From positions 168,813 through 232,812 of the forward strand of contig MFGB01000020.1 in assembly GCA_001780275.1 (NCBI GenBank): DNA of 64,000 nucleotides, written 5' to 3'. Shown here piece after piece: positions 29,978-40,614 of the stretch. The notes below the pieces were generated by a model. It was not told where the DNA came from, made no database searches, and saw only the letters and a list, made by a program, of their open reading frames with translations. The stretch comes from Candidatus Falkowbacteria bacterium RIFOXYA2_FULL_47_19 (GTDB taxonomy: Bacteria > Patescibacteriota > Patescibacteriia > Patescibacteriales > UBA12075). Numbering within the stretch: position 1 is the stretch's first letter; each line of letters starts with the position of its first letter. Position numbers and translations under genes: made by a program.

Positions 29978-30640
29978 ATGACATTCCACATAATTACGAT
30001 TTTTCCCGGAATTTTCGATTCATATTTTAGCGAATCGATACTTAAACGGGCGCAAAAAAACAATTTGATCGGGATAAAAACATATGATCTGCGCGATTGG
30101 ACGAACGACAGGCACAGGACCGTCGATGACACCCCCTACGGCGGCGGAGCCGGAATGATCATGAAGACCGAACCGCTTTGTAGGGCCATAAAGGATATCG
30201 GGCGAAGCGTCCGGGGAGGGAAATTTAAAATCGTCCTTCTGTCCGCCAAGGGCAAAACCTGGAACCAGCGCCTGGCGCGGAAATACGCGAAATTACGGGA
30301 TGTCATACTGGTGTGCGGTCGTTATGAGGGCGTGGACGAGCGGGTAACGAAATTCATCGATGAAGAGATATCGATCGGGGATTACGTGCTTACCGGCGGA
30401 GAGATCCCGGCTATGGCCATAGTCGATTCCGTTGCTCGTTTGTTGCCCGGCGTTCTCGGGAACAAAGAAAGCGCGGAGAGGGAGTCGCATTCGGAGCCGG
30501 GTCTTTTAGAGTATCCGCAGTACACGCGGCCGGAAGTTTTCGAGGCGGAAGGGAAAAAATACCGGGTTCCGAAAGTGCTGTTGTCGGGCAATCACAAGAA
30601 GATAGAAGAATGGAGAGGGAAACACAGCAAAAAAACCTAA
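29978..30640 (+). CDS. trmD: tRNA (guanine37-N1)-methyltransferase
   Basis: [33 protein letters not shown] and LEYPQYTRP. Confidence 0.97.
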   Translation: MTFHIITIFPGIFDSYFSESILKRAQKNNLIGIKTYDLRDWTNDRHRTVDDTPYGGGAGMIMKTEPLCRAIKDIGRSVRGGKFKIVLLSAKGKTWNQRLARKYAKLRDVILVCGRYEGVDERVTKFIDEEISIGDYVLTGGEIPAMAIVDSVARLLPGVLGNKESAERESHSEPGLLEYPQYTRPEVFEAEGKKYRVPKVLLSGNHKKIEEWRGKHSKKT

Positions 30641-30671
30641 AATATTTCATACGGAATTATAATCGAATCAT

Positions 30672-31379
30672 ATGTCCGAATTTAAAAATGTTTTTATTCA
30701 ACCGGAGAATGTCAACGCTACGATCTGGAAATTTCTGGATTTTACGAAATTCCTTTCTCTTTTAGAAACAAGATCTCTTTATTTCGCTCGTTCCGACATG
30801 CTTCCCGATCCGCATGAGGGAATTTACGGAAAGTTCGGAAAGATCCATCGGCCGGTCATAGGGAGCGCGGTCGATCCGGGGCGGCAGCGTCTATACGATA
30901 ATTATAAGAAGATTCGGGAGTCGGTTTTTTTGAACTGCTGGCACGAGAACGAGCATGAGTCGGCCGCTATGTGGGATCTTTACCTTAAGAGCAACGAAGG
31001 AATCGCCATCAGATCAACTTTCGGAAAGCTTATCGGTTGTTTCGAAAACGATCATCGGCCGGCAGTCCACATCGGGCGGGTTAGGTACCTTGATTATCAA
31101 AAAGAGAAATTACCGGATGATAACGAGCTCTACCCCTTCATGTATAAGAGAAAAAGCTTCGCGCATGAAAATGAGATCCGGGCGCTTATTTACGACGAAA
31201 AAGAAGCGGAGAAAAGCGGCATCTTCATTCCGGTAGATGTTACCCGTCTGATCGAAAAGATCTACGTGGCCCCGACCGCCGAAAGCTGGATACACGATCT
31301 TGTGGTGTCGTTGACTAAAAAATATGAACTGAACATCGAGGTCATCAAGTCAAGGCTTTTCGACGACCCGGTGTTTTAG
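30672..31379 (+). CDS. DUF2971-like protein
   Basis: LYFAR.D...D.HEG, NCWH...ESAAMWDLY and KRKSFAHENEIR. Confidence 0.7.
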   Translation: MSEFKNVFIQPENVNATIWKFLDFTKFLSLLETRSLYFARSDMLPDPHEGIYGKFGKIHRPVIGSAVDPGRQRLYDNYKKIRESVFLNCWHENEHESAAMWDLYLKSNEGIAIRSTFGKLIGCFENDHRPAVHIGRVRYLDYQKEKLPDDNELYPFMYKRKSFAHENEIRALIYDEKEAEKSGIFIPVDVTRLIEKIYVAPTAESWIHDLVVSLTKKYELNIEVIKSRLFDDPVF

Positions 31380-31446
31380 GGCGAAATGGTCGGTCCCAGG
31401 GATCGCCAAAACTTAAAACCTGAAAGCTAACAGCTTAAAGCTCATT

Positions 31447-32667
31447 ATGGACAAACATTATCACCATCTTCATTTGGCCCGTCATTTGCATTTTAGCCCC
31501 TGGCTCAAAGACGAATATAACGACCTGGTCATAGCCGATACTTTGCGTCACCTGGCCCTGGCCATGATATCGTTGTTCATACCGATCTTTCTTCTGAAGA
31601 TCGGAATAACGATTAAGGCGGTGGTTTTCCTGGAGTTGGCCATGTGCATCGCGTCGATCGCCATGCATTATTTCGCCATCAGGTATATTCCGGCCTGGGG
31701 AGTTAAAAGGACGCTCGTCATAAGCTATATCCTTAACATAGTCCTTTACCTGCTCTTATACCAGGCCGCTTCCATTTTCCTTCATGTTGATCGGACGGCT
31801 TATCTTGTTGTTATTGCCGTTTTCAACGTCTCGGCCACCGTAATTTACTGGACGGCGCATCATGTCTATTTTTTCAAGACTACGACAGCGGCCAATTCCG
31901 GAATAAGGGCGGGTTTCATAAATGGCGTACCGGTCTTAGCCGGGATAATGAGCCCCTTTTTAGGCGCTTTACTTATCGATGAATACGGCTTTAAAGCCAT
32001 GTTCCTTGCAAGCTCTGCCCTGCTTTTGGCCGCGGCCGGAGCCTTGCTGTTTTCGCGCGATATCGCGGTCGGGAAATCGAATATGCGCCTCTGCCGGATA
32101 TTGGATTTTGAGCACGCGGGCAAGAACCTGATCTATTTCATCGAGGGCATCGGCTTCCACGCCATTTCTTTTTTTTGGCCGATACTTTTGTTCCTGTCGG
32201 ATATTAAGTTGACCTCGATCGGACTTTTATACCTGTTCTCAAATCTGGCCTTCAGTATTATCGGGTATTATAGCGGCAAATTCACTGACCGCGCCGGCAA
32301 CCGGAGGATGATCGCTATCGGTTCGCTCGGACATGGATCATCGGTCATAATGCGGGCCTTGGCTCCGACCGTCGTGGCTATGACGCTCTGGCAGACGATG
32401 GGTGGAATTTTCGGCAGCATTCTCCATGTCCCGCTCGAAGCCGGATTTTATAAGTTTAGCTCCCGCGACGATTATTATAACGCCATCATGAACAGGGAAT
32501 TATACATGTTCGCGGGAAGGATCTTCGTGGTCATATTTTTTCTTCTGGTTTTATCATTTACCGACACTGTACCGTCCGCGGCCATGATAATCACCATGGT
32601 TGCCGCGGGCGTAGCTACGTTCATACTAAGTTTTTCCGCCAGATACGACCGATCTATAGTTTCATGA
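31447..32667 (+). CDS. MFS transporter
   Basis: About 12 TM segments; GKFTDRAGNRR motif A; His-rich N-terminus. Confidence 0.88.
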   Translation: MDKHYHHLHLARHLHFSPWLKDEYNDLVIADTLRHLALAMISLFIPIFLLKIGITIKAVVFLELAMCIASIAMHYFAIRYIPAWGVKRTLVISYILNIVLYLLLYQAASIFLHVDRTAYLVVIAVFNVSATVIYWTAHHVYFFKTTTAANSGIRAGFINGVPVLAGIMSPFLGALLIDEYGFKAMFLASSALLLAAAGALLFSRDIAVGKSNMRLCRILDFEHAGKNLIYFIEGIGFHAISFFWPILLFLSDIKLTSIGLLYLFSNLAFSIIGYYSGKFTDRAGNRRMIAIGSLGHGSSVIMRALAPTVVAMTLWQTMGGIFGSILHVPLEAGFYKFSSRDDYYNAIMNRELYMFAGRIFVVIFFLLVLSFTDTVPSAAMIITMVAAGVATFILSFSARYDRSIVS

Positions 32668-32688
32668 CCGGTCTAAGGCGCGGTTTTT

Positions 32689-33147
32689 ATGCCAAAAGCC
32701 CTGAAAAAATCAATAAAAATATTCCTCTTTCTTTTGCTTACCGGAGCGCTCATGTATAGATTTTTTTTCTATTATGATCCGGATAACCAATGCCTGATCA
32801 GGCTGAAGCCCTCCTTAACCGAATGGTCGAACGGCAACGTTAAAGAAGGCATAAAGGTGCTTAAGTATGCCGTTCCCGATGAATACGAAAAGCTGTGCGC
32901 TTACGTCGACAAGATCAATCCAAACTATTCCTGCGGCGGTTTGGGCGGAGGCTGTTATATATCGGGAAAAGCGCCAACCCGGGAAATAGATATCAGCACC
33001 GCTTATGACGGTTTTTTAGGCTGGACCGCGGCGGTTATCGCCCACGAAACCTGCCACGCCGTCCAACACGAAGAGGGCCGCCCCTTTAACGAAACAGAAT
33101 GCTACGGGATAGGCAATTACGTGCTCTATAGCGCGGTAGTTTATTGA
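32689..33147 (+). CDS. Membrane-anchored minimal zincin-like protein
   Basis: N-terminal TM; IAHETCHAVQH...ETEC (HExxH plus downstream Glu). Confidence 0.7.
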   Translation: MPKALKKSIKIFLFLLLTGALMYRFFFYYDPDNQCLIRLKPSLTEWSNGNVKEGIKVLKYAVPDEYEKLCAYVDKINPNYSCGGLGGGCYISGKAPTREIDISTAYDGFLGWTAAVIAHETCHAVQHEEGRPFNETECYGIGNYVLYSAVVY

Positions 33148-33150
33148 CTT

Positions 33151-33600
33151 ATGTATATAAAAACACTTTTTACGCTTTTTTTTCTTTTTCTCATCTTTAT
33201 GGCCGGAATTTACATGACGATAAACATCGTCAATTATTTTGATCCGTTCGGCGGGTGTTATTTGAATATCGACGGCGACATCGTGAGCGGCAACAAGGAG
33301 ACGATAAAGGCCGCGATCAGATATTTAGGAAAGACCGACCGTACTGCTTATCGTAATCTATGCACGGTTGTCGACCGCGTGAGCGAAAAAAATTGCATAA
33401 TAGCCGACCAAAGGATCGATTCGAAAGGTTTTATCGAGGGCTTGAACCTGGACGGTTGCTACGTCAAGGGCACCCGGACGATCTATCTTAGGCCGGACAA
33501 GAGCGATTCTCCGGACGTGATCGAGGGCCGGGCTCGGACGATAAAGCATTATACGGAAGCAGTCGCTCGATTTTGGGAAGAATACAACAGTAAACAATAA
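33151..33600 (+). CDS. Paralogue of the preceding gene lacking HExxH
   Basis: Shared YxDP..C, LC..VD and GCY pattern; KHYTEA stands where HETCH would be. Confidence 0.7.
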   Translation: MYIKTLFTLFFLFLIFMAGIYMTINIVNYFDPFGGCYLNIDGDIVSGNKETIKAAIRYLGKTDRTAYRNLCTVVDRVSEKNCIIADQRIDSKGFIEGLNLDGCYVKGTRTIYLRPDKSDSPDVIEGRARTIKHYTEAVARFWEEYNSKQ

Positions 33601-33628
33601 GATTGAAGATATTTTTTTTGGACAAAAA

Positions 33629-33655
33629 AATACCGCCGGCTTTATCGGCGGTATT
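33629..33655. terminator. Bidirectional terminator
   Basis: aataccgccg...cggcggtatt. Confidence 0.8.
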
Positions 33656-33676
33656 GTTAGTATATGAACAGTCCGT

Positions 33677-34819
33677 TTAGTCTCCCATTTCCAGTTTTCT
33701 GATGTCCTTATTGCTTATTCCCAGTCCTAAATTTCGCATAACAGTGAAAGCCTCGGCAGGGCTTCCCAGATAATAAGCCAGACGGTCTTCGGGGTTAATA
33801 TAGTAGGCGCGGCCGAGATCATCGACGTCAATAAGTATCTTTCCGAGCACGTGGTCGGGGTAGGAGGCGACATGAGCGGTCAGAAAGTCGTGAGTGGCGC
33901 CCAATCCCAGGGAGCGCATGACCGTGAAAGCCCTGGCGGGAGAATGGAGAAAATAGCGTTTTCGGCCGCCGTGATCCACGTACCAGGCTTCGCCATTTTC
34001 CTCGACCTGCAGAAGAATGCGTCCGCGGAGGCGCTCCGCCAGGCCGCCGTCCGGTCGGAGAAGGGCGGCTTTTTCCCTTGCTATAGTATCGAAGTACGCG
34101 GTCTCGTCTTCAAACGAGGCCGCTATACCCTTGACCGTGACCGCTTCGGAGCAGGCGGTTTTTGTTTTGTTCCATTCCCATCCAGCCGCACAGTTACAAA
34201 GATATCCGCCGTCCGCGTCCAGACCATAAAAAATACTGTTATCGCCGAATTCGCCGCGGCAGGCGTCATCCCGGTCGAGACAGCGTCCAAAAAGAAAGCC
34301 GCCGTCAGAATCCCGGTAAGGACTGTAATAAATATAGTTATCGGGACAGGCGGTTTGGACGCAGAGGCTTTTATCGTTATTCCAGCCATAGCCATTTCGG
34401 CAGCCGCAGGTATAATTATTCTCTTCTTCAAACTCGAGATAATAGCTGTTTTCACCGAAACGCTCCCGGCAGCCGCGATCAGGCGTTACGCATCGTCCGA
34501 CCGAAAAAACCAACCCTTCCCGACAATTCGGTTCGGGTAGGGCGATCTTTTTAAGGCAATATTCAGCCTCAAAGAGGCAAGCTTCCACGGCGAACGGATT
34601 ATTCAGGTTTTCGCCGGAACAGCTGAAACAGCGATAAAATTCGATTTCGCCATATTGTTCAATCAATTCGTTTCGTTTTAAGGCGTTTTGAGCGCGCTCT
34701 TTCCGGTTAATCGACAGGAATTCAGTGTTTTCCGCCGCCAGACAAACGGAAAAAAATCCGAACAGGACGTATCCGGCCGAAAAAATGAAAATAAATTTTT
34801 TAAAACCGAAAGAAAACAT
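33677..34819 (-). CDS. Secreted Cys-rich protein with CPR-type GRILLQVE repeat C-terminus
   Basis: Two CR.xFG.NS...CxCxxGxxWNxxKxxC repeats and two G(R/K)IL...(AW/AY)Y...P..AFTVMR.LGLG repeats. Confidence 0.8.
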   Translation of the reverse strand: MFSFGFKKFIFIFSAGYVLFGFFSVCLAAENTEFLSINRKERAQNALKRNELIEQYGEIEFYRCFSCSGENLNNPFAVEACLFEAEYCLKKIALPEPNCREGLVFSVGRCVTPDRGCRERFGENSYYLEFEEENNYTCGCRNGYGWNNDKSLCVQTACPDNYIYYSPYRDSDGGFLFGRCLDRDDACRGEFGDNSIFYGLDADGGYLCNCAAGWEWNKTKTACSEAVTVKGIAASFEDETAYFDTIAREKAALLRPDGGLAERLRGRILLQVEENGEAWYVDHGGRKRYFLHSPARAFTVMRSLGLGATHDFLTAHVASYPDHVLGKILIDVDDLGRAYYINPEDRLAYYLGSPAEAFTVMRNLGLGISNKDIRKLEMGD

Positions 34820-35023
34820 GGTTTTAGGTAAGAATCAAAGATTATCCACAGTCATAGTTATTTTACCACATTTGACCGGGGTTATTAAGGTGATTTATTA
34901 CCTGATTGTAAGATTTGGCTGGAAAAATAAAAGGACTTTATGTTTTCTTTATATTTTTTTTATCTTTTCTTCATCGCCGTTATGATATAATCAAATTAAT
35001 TTTGCAAATAACCCTAAGTTTTT

Positions 35024-36544
35024 ATGAGCTCGAAAGTATTATCGGCGGCAGTTATCGGCCTTGAAGCCGAAATCGTCGAGGTCGAAGCCGACCGTGGCGG
35101 CGGCGAGCACGGCATTTTTTCTATCGTCGGACTGCCCGACGCGGCCGTAAGCGAATCGCGCGAACGGGTCCGGAGCGCGATCAAGAATTCCCACTCCCGC
35201 CTCAACAGCAATAAAATAACCGTCAACCTGGCTCCCGCCGATCTAAAAAAACACGGTCCGAGCTATGACCTGCCCATCGCCATCTCCGTCCTGATCGCCA
35301 CCGGGAAGCTTCACGTAAAAGACGATCACTCCGCCATGCTTTTTGTCGGCGAGCTGGCCCTAAACGGGGATCTTAGGCCGGTTAACGGCATCCTGCCGGT
35401 CGCGCTTAGGGCGGCGAAGAGCGGTATAAAGACCCTTTTCGTTCCGGCCGCCAACGCCCGGGAAGCGAAGCTGGTGGGAGACATAGAAGTGATGCCGGTA
35501 AACGACCTTAATCAGGTCGTGCGCCACCTTGAAGGGGAAAAAGCGATAGAGCCGATGCCCGGAAGCGACTTTGATTTCGTCAATAGCGAAATTATTTTCG
35601 ATATGTCCCACATACGCGGCCAAGAACACGTTAAGCGCGCCATGGAAATAGCGGCGGCCGGGGCGCATAACATGATGATGAGCGGCCCTCCGGGGTCCGG
35701 CAAAACCCTGATCGCCCGCACTATGCCAGGGATTCTTCCTAATTTAACTTTGCCGGAAGCCCTGGAAATCACCAAGATCTATTCGGTGGCCGGTTATCTG
35801 CCCGCCGGAGCGTCCCTGGTCACTAGCCGGCCTTTCCGCTCGCCGCACCACACCGCCTCGGGTGTGGCTTTGGTCGGAGGCGGCGCCTGGCCCCGGCCCG
35901 GAGAGATTTCCCTGGCGCATCGCGGCGTTCTTTTTCTCGACGAATTTTCCGAATTTCCGCGGCCGGTTTTAGAAAACCTGCGCCAGCCGCTTGAAGACGG
36001 CGTGATCCACGTCAGCCGGGCGGCCGGCAATCTTAGTTTTCCGGCGAAATTCATCCTGGTGTCCGCCATGAACCCCTGCCCTTGCGGTTATCTCGGCGAC
36101 CGGGAAAAGAATTGCGTTTGCTCGCCTATGCAGGTAATGAACTATAAAAAAAAGATCTCCGGACCGATCATCGACCGGATCGACATCCACATCGAGGTTC
36201 CCCGGGTAAAGTTCGACAAATTAGCGGCGGCAAGCAGCGGCGAAAGATCGGAGGGCATAAAAAAGAGGGTCGAAGCCGCCAGACGGATCCAGGAATCGCG
36301 ATTCAAGGGCACGTCTTTTATCGCCAACTCGGAAATGACCTCCGAGGCTGTCAAAAATTTTTGCCCTTTGGACGATATCTCGAAAACGCTTTTAAAAAAC
36401 GCGGTTGAATCCATGCACCTGTCGGCCCGGGCCTATTTCCGGATATTAAAACTCGCCCGCACGATCGCTGATCTTTCTATAAGTGAAAAAGTCCATTCAG
36501 AGCATGTGGCTGAAGCTTTGCAGTACAGGCCGAAGGAGATCTAG
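35024..36544 (+). CDS. comM: YifB/ComM Mg-chelatase-like AAA+ ATPase
   Basis: IVGLPDAAVSESRERV, GPPGSGKT, PFRSPHH, GEISLAHRGVLFLDE and NPCPCG. Confidence 0.96.
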   Translation: MSSKVLSAAVIGLEAEIVEVEADRGGGEHGIFSIVGLPDAAVSESRERVRSAIKNSHSRLNSNKITVNLAPADLKKHGPSYDLPIAISVLIATGKLHVKDDHSAMLFVGELALNGDLRPVNGILPVALRAAKSGIKTLFVPAANAREAKLVGDIEVMPVNDLNQVVRHLEGEKAIEPMPGSDFDFVNSEIIFDMSHIRGQEHVKRAMEIAAAGAHNMMMSGPPGSGKTLIARTMPGILPNLTLPEALEITKIYSVAGYLPAGASLVTSRPFRSPHHTASGVALVGGGAWPRPGEISLAHRGVLFLDEFSEFPRPVLENLRQPLEDGVIHVSRAAGNLSFPAKFILVSAMNPCPCGYLGDREKNCVCSPMQVMNYKKKISGPIIDRIDIHIEVPRVKFDKLAAASSGERSEGIKKRVEAARRIQESRFKGTSFIANSEMTSEAVKNFCPLDDISKTLLKNAVESMHLSARAYFRILKLARTIADLSISEKVHSEHVAEALQYRPKEI

Positions 36545-36772
36545 ATATTTACTCTCTATCCGTAGAAATCCAGGTAGTAAAAAGTATAGAAAGCCCAAAA
36601 TTCAGGCACTGTTTCGGTCAGTTAATATAAATATCAATTTTGTGTCGAAGGTGCAAGCTTCCGGATTTCTTTAAATTACTTGGGCGATATTGTCTCCCGT
36701 GTTCATTTTATGCTATAATATTGTTGTGGTAAAAGCGCTGAACATTATTTAGCGGTCGAAATTTTTTATCTA

Positions 36773-38197
36773 ATGTTAAATAGAAAAGCTAAATTATCAA
36801 TATTATCCCTGGTTTTGGTTTTTGTCCTTTTTTCCGGCTTCGGCTGCCGTTGTGTTTCCAGGGAGGTTCAGGAAAAAATGCAGCCGATAAAGCTTACCTA
36901 CTGGCGTGTTTGGGACGGGCCGGACGCTTTTGCCGAGATTTTAGACCGCTATAGGGCGCTCCATCCTTTTATTACGATCGAGTATCGTAAATTGCGTTAT
37001 GACGAATTCGAGCAGGCACTGATCGAGGCCTTCGCCGCGGATCGGGGACCAGACATTTTTTCGATACAAAACACCTGGATAAGAAAATACAAGGAAATGG
37101 ACCTTTTGGCTCCGATGCCGGCGAGCATTACCATGGCCTATCCGGTGGTTAAGGGCAGTATAAAAAAAGAGGTGGTCACGGAATTGCGCACCACCCCGAG
37201 CATTTCCTTAAAACAGCTGAAAGCCGATTTTATCGACGTGGTTTATAAGGATGTGGTAATAAACGAGTTTGACGAAAGGGTCGGCGCTTACGTCGAAAAG
37301 GTTTACGGCCTGCCCCTTTTTATCGATACTTTGGCCGTGTATTACAATAACGATCTTTTCAACAACGCCGGCATAACTACGCCCCCGGCCTACTGGAATC
37401 GTGAGTTCCAGCAAGACGTTAAAAAGCTGACCAAACAGGACAATAAAGGGCAGATCATACAGTCGGGTGTAGCCCTGGGCGGCGGGGATAACGTAGACCG
37501 GTCAAGCGATATTTTATCGATCCTGATGATGCAGAACGGTACCGAGATGATAAATGACCGCGGCAGCGTCATGTTCAGCCAGAGACCGGCCGATTTTGAA
37601 AATAAAAACATCATTCCCGGCCTTGACGCTTTAAGATTCTACGTGGATTTCTCCAATCCGGCCAAAGAGGTTTACTGCTGGAATAATAATCTGGGAAATT
37701 CGATGGACATGTTCTTGCAGAATAAATTAGCCATGATGTTCGGTTATGCTTATATGATGCCCCAGATCAGGGCGGACGCGCCGAAGCTTAAATTTTCCGT
37801 GGCGGAGCTGCCGCAGATCGAGGGTAATCCGCAAAACACTAACTTTGCCAACTATTGGGCAGAGGTCGTTTCCAGAAAAAGCAGATATTCGAGCGAAGCC
37901 TGGGACTTTGTCCAATTCATTACCAGGGCAGAGCAGGCGAAATCATACCTGGCTCAGGCAAAAAAGCCTCCGGCGCTGCGGGCATTGGTCGATGAAATGA
38001 AAGAGGATAAGGAAATAGGCGTATTCGTGGGGCAAACTCTGACCGCGGAAAGCTGGTACAGAGGGGTAGACGCGAACGCGGCCGAAGCGATTATGCGGGA
38101 AATGATAGATGACGTGGTTACCGGGAAAAAAACCCTTGAAGACGCCCTGAAATTAGGAGCGCAAAAGGTGCAGCAAACCATAAATAAAAAAGAATAA
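36773..38197 (+). CDS. Extracellular solute-binding protein (family 1, sugar-type), probable lipoprotein
   Basis: Signal ending FSGFGC; GPDIF; YGLPLFIDTLAVYYNNDLF; EAWDFVQF. Confidence 0.88.
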   Translation: MLNRKAKLSILSLVLVFVLFSGFGCRCVSREVQEKMQPIKLTYWRVWDGPDAFAEILDRYRALHPFITIEYRKLRYDEFEQALIEAFAADRGPDIFSIQNTWIRKYKEMDLLAPMPASITMAYPVVKGSIKKEVVTELRTTPSISLKQLKADFIDVVYKDVVINEFDERVGAYVEKVYGLPLFIDTLAVYYNNDLFNNAGITTPPAYWNREFQQDVKKLTKQDNKGQIIQSGVALGGGDNVDRSSDILSILMMQNGTEMINDRGSVMFSQRPADFENKNIIPGLDALRFYVDFSNPAKEVYCWNNNLGNSMDMFLQNKLAMMFGYAYMMPQIRADAPKLKFSVAELPQIEGNPQNTNFANYWAEVVSRKSRYSSEAWDFVQFITRAEQAKSYLAQAKKPPALRALVDEMKEDKEIGVFVGQTLTAESWYRGVDANAAEAIMREMIDDVVTGKKTLEDALKLGAQKVQQTINKKE

Positions 38198-38238
38198 AAT
38201 ATTAAAATCGGATTTTAACGGGTTTAAATACGCTATCC

Positions 38239-38643
38239 ATGAAGAACAAATATATTAAGCGAACGATACTTCCCCTCTTTTTTTTCTCGTTCTTGTTTTT
38301 TTCGGTTTTTGCCGGTGGGGCGGAGGCTAACCTTATGGAGAACATCGCCTGCGCCGGGGACGGAAAATGCACGCCCGATGATTTTTTTCGGCTGGCGGTA
38401 AACGCGGCCAAATGGATATTAGGCATTACCGGCTCTCTGGCTTTGGGCGCTTTCGTCGTAGGCGGCGCCATGTTCCTGGTGTCGAGCGGCAACAGCGATA
38501 CGGTCAATAAGGGCAAACAGGTTTTGATCGGCGCGGTTATCGGGCTCGTCGTGGTTTTTGTAAGCTGGCTTATTGTCCAATTCGTTATGTTCAATATTTT
38601 GGGTTATAGATACGAGGGTACGGACGACTGGTTTAAACTTTAA
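38239..38643 (+). CDS. TrbC/VirB2-like pilin
   Basis: FVVGGAMFLVSSGNSDTVNKGKQVLIGAVIGLVVVF; Cys pair. Confidence 0.85.
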   Translation: MKNKYIKRTILPLFFFSFLFFSVFAGGAEANLMENIACAGDGKCTPDDFFRLAVNAAKWILGITGSLALGAFVVGGAMFLVSSGNSDTVNKGKQVLIGAVIGLVVVFVSWLIVQFVMFNILGYRYEGTDDWFKL

Positions 38644-38652
38644 TGCCTTTTT

Positions 38653-39357
38653 ATGGATAAATTCCAAATTAATACAATTTCCGATAACGTAGAATTAGTC
38701 TCCCGGAGATTAAAAACGTCCCGGAGGGCGCAGAAGCTTGAATTAGCGGACGCGGCCAAAGCCACGAATATCAATATATTATATTTGGACGCTTTAGAGA
38801 ACGGACATTTTGAAAAATTGCCCCAGGGTCTTTACGGTAAAAATTTCCTGAAAGAATATGCGGAGTATCTGGGCGTGGAGGCGGCCGAGCTCATTGATCT
38901 GGCGGCGCCCGAGATCGCGGAATACCGTCCCAAGAACAGTAAATTATTTTCCGAACGGATAACACACCCTTCTAACTTCCTGAGCCTGCCTAAACTTATC
39001 AAGGGTCTTTTTGCGGTCGCGGCGATATCAGTATGCGTAATTTATCTGGGCGGCGAATTCGGGGGAATAATTTCCCCGCCCCGCCTTGAGATAATAAATC
39101 CGGCCGCCAACCTTTTTACCGGCCGCACTTCGGTCGATATTGAAGGGTATACCGAGCCCGAAGCCGAGGTGACCATTAATGATCTGCCGGTGCTTACGGG
39201 ACCGGACGGACATTTTATCCAGAAGGTAAACCTGAAAAGCGGACTTAATACTATTTCGGTAACGGCCCAGAAAAAATACAGCCGGAAAAACAATGTTGTC
39301 AAAAAAATATTGGTTAATAACGAAACATCGCTGACCGCCCCAAAGACAGTTTTTTGA
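38653..39357 (+). CDS. RodZ-like HTH membrane protein with Ig-like C-terminal domain
   Basis: YLDALENGHFEKLP.GLYGKNFLKEYAEYLG, a TM segment, then G.TEP.A.VTIN...L..GLNTI.VTA. Confidence 0.82.
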   Translation: MDKFQINTISDNVELVSRRLKTSRRAQKLELADAAKATNINILYLDALENGHFEKLPQGLYGKNFLKEYAEYLGVEAAELIDLAAPEIAEYRPKNSKLFSERITHPSNFLSLPKLIKGLFAVAAISVCVIYLGGEFGGIISPPRLEIINPAANLFTGRTSVDIEGYTEPEAEVTINDLPVLTGPDGHFIQKVNLKSGLNTISVTAQKKYSRKNNVVKKILVNNETSLTAPKTVF

Positions 39358-39449
39358 ATTATAAATGATATAATACATACAGGGAGGCAAGCCTCTTTTT
39401 AATTTTGTTAATTCATATAATTTTATTAATTCATTTTCATCATAAATTT

Positions 39450-40493
39450 ATGTCAGACAACAAAGAAAAAATCAAAAATGAAAAGAAAAGCGCGGACGAT
39501 AAGATCCTGGCAGCGGAAGAGGCCATGGCGCAAATAAAAAGCAAATTCGGGGATGGCGCCATCATGAAATTCGGCGAGGCCAGGCGTTCGAATGTCGATG
39601 CCGTTTCCACCGGCTGTCTTTCCCTTGATATCGCGCTCGGGATCGGCGGCGTGCCCCGCGGTCGGATTATCGAGATCTTCGGCCCCGAAGCCTCCGGCAA
39701 AACAACTTTGGCCCAGCACATAGTGTCCGAAGTGCAAAAGCTTGGCGGGATCGCCGCTTTCGTCGACGCCGAACACGCTCTTGATCCCGATTACGCGGGC
39801 CGAATCGGCGTAAACGTCAAGGATCTCCTTATTTCCCAGCCCGATACCGGCGAGCAGGCCCTCGAGATCGTGGAGACATTGGTGCGTTCCAACGCTGTGG
39901 ACGTGATCGTCATCGATTCGGTGGCCGCTTTGGTGCCGCAAAAAGAGATCGACGGGGACATGGGCGATCAGCACATGGGCCTCCAGGCGCGCCTCATGAG
40001 CCAGGCCCTAAGAAAGCTTACAGGCGTCGTTTCAAAAACCAAGACCGTCGTAATATTCATAAACCAGATCAGGCTTAAAATCGGCGTTTTCTTCGGTAAC
40101 CCGGAAACCACGACCGGCGGCACCGCCCTTAAATTTTATTCTTCCGTCCGGATAGAGGTAAGAAGGAGCGCGCAGATCAAGCAGGGAGATAAGATCATCG
40201 GCAATCGCGTTAAGACGAAGATCGTCAAGAACAAAGTGGCGGCGCCTTTCCGCACTTGCGAATTCGACATAATGTACAACGAAGGGATCTCCGTTTCGGG
40301 CGATCTTCTTGATACCGGAGTAACTTACGGCGTCATCAATAAGTCGGGCAATTCTTACGCCTATGGGGAGATTAAGCTTGGCACCGGCCGGGAAAACGCC
40401 AAAAGATTCCTGCGCGCCGACAAAAAACTGATGAAAGATATCCGTAAATCGATCTTAAATGAAGTCAAAGCCAGAGAAACAGAGGAGAATTAA
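39450..40493 (+). CDS. recA: Recombinase RecA
   Basis: [34 protein letters not shown] and KNKVAAPFR. Confidence 0.99.
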   Translation: MSDNKEKIKNEKKSADDKILAAEEAMAQIKSKFGDGAIMKFGEARRSNVDAVSTGCLSLDIALGIGGVPRGRIIEIFGPEASGKTTLAQHIVSEVQKLGGIAAFVDAEHALDPDYAGRIGVNVKDLLISQPDTGEQALEIVETLVRSNAVDVIVIDSVAALVPQKEIDGDMGDQHMGLQARLMSQALRKLTGVVSKTKTVVIFINQIRLKIGVFFGNPETTTGGTALKFYSSVRIEVRRSAQIKQGDKIIGNRVKTKIVKNKVAAPFRTCEFDIMYNEGISVSGDLLDTGVTYGVINKSGNSYAYGEIKLGTGRENAKRFLRADKKLMKDIRKSILNEVKARETEEN

Positions 40494-40614
40494 GGACCCG
40501 CGCTTACGGTTTTACGCTGAAAATTAAAGCTTAAATAAAAAAACCGGACATCTGATCGATGCGCCGGTTTTTTTATTTAAGATATTCGATGGAAAATCGT
40601 CAACCCAAAACTTC

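Noticed and set aside
34842..34850. DnaA box as a replication origin
   Set aside because: Boxes are single and dispersed, with no cluster and no dnaA/dnaN nearby.
36545..36720. Intergenic stretch after comM as a possible gene remnant or sRNA
   Set aside because: Only short frames and one 8-bp inverted repeat; insufficient support.
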